A stretch of DNA of 64,000 nucleotides, taken from the NCBI RefSeq assembly GCF_036588685.1, contig NC_086373.1:40920001-40984000 (forward strand), in the 5' to 3' direction. Of the stretch, positions 63,404-64,000 are shown piece by piece (within the stretch, counting starts at the first letter, position 1; each line of letters opens with the position of its first letter). A program made the position numbers and the translations under genes. The notes under the pieces were generated by a model. The model worked only from the letters and a program-made list of their open reading frames with translations. It had not been told where the DNA came from and searched no databases. Source of the DNA: Mytilus trossulus (Eukaryota).

Positions 63404-64000
63404 TGAATGAATAAATGAATGAATACTTTATTGCAAAAAGCATATACATGCTATAGCAACGAAAAACATATTTACAACATGACAAATGATAAATAGAAGA
63501 GCTCAATACATATAAATCATAATAAGAAAACAAATAACATTAAGTAACAATATGTGATCTGATTGACCCACGCAGATTTTTATGTAGTTACACAATTTTT
63601 TAATATGTAAAACAGACTTTAATTTAGATAGATACTGTAATTTAGTAAGGTTTGGCCAAGAACAATAGAATGTTGGCAAATATTTAGGCCTAATTGATCT
63701 ATAGGCAGGGCATACTAATAAAAAGTGGTATTCGTTTTCAATAAACTGCATATAACAACACTTACATAATTCTCTAGCCATGCCAGTATATCTTCCTGTT
63801 TCAATGTTCTGTTTTAGTGTACCACGTCGCAATTGAGTTAAAAAGTGTGAATTATAACAGCAATCTAAATAATGTTCAAACCTAAATTCTAACTTGATAT
63901 CCTTATAAAGTTTTTCGCTCTTGTCTACATATGCTAACCAGCTTTGTATATACTGATCTTTAAATCTATTCTTAATTACATCAATAAATCCAAAATGAGA
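63404..64000 (-). mobile_element. 3' end of a LINE (RTE-X-like)
   Basis: IETGRY..CKCC..ENEYHFLLVCPAY C-terminal zinc finger, then AATAAA and an (ATTC)n tail at ~63404-63432; runs off the right edge. Confidence 0.75.

Overview
AT-rich, repeat-dense animal genomic DNA. Gene families and repeat types point to a bivalve mollusc, probably a Mytilus mussel (inference). The window is an immune-type locus with signs of birth-and-death evolution. It holds one intact intronless Toll-like receptor (18208-20712) plus a TLR relic (~50.5 kb). It holds four tandem minus-strand paralogs of an intronless 'single B-box + NHL/beta-propeller' gene: two intact, one with a single frameshift, and one split by a 2.1-kb insertion with several stops; three share an E-box + IRF/ETS-like upstream module. 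It also holds the first two coding exons of a secreted FAMeT-domain protein and a decayed multi-exon gene with four pleiotrophin/midkine-like domains. Between the genes lie Kolobok-, Harbinger-, Sola- and Academ-type DNA transposons, Helentron-type elements, tRNA-derived SINEs, LINE relics, Penelope-like fragments and a ~1.7-kb tandem duplication. The most striking non-coding signals are two classes of self-cleaving-ribozyme motif in dispersed repeats: minimal hammerheads in a 354-bp retrozyme-like unit, and a circularly permuted (type P5) twister-like motif that shows covariation across unrelated repeat families. All calls were made by eye; no searches were run.
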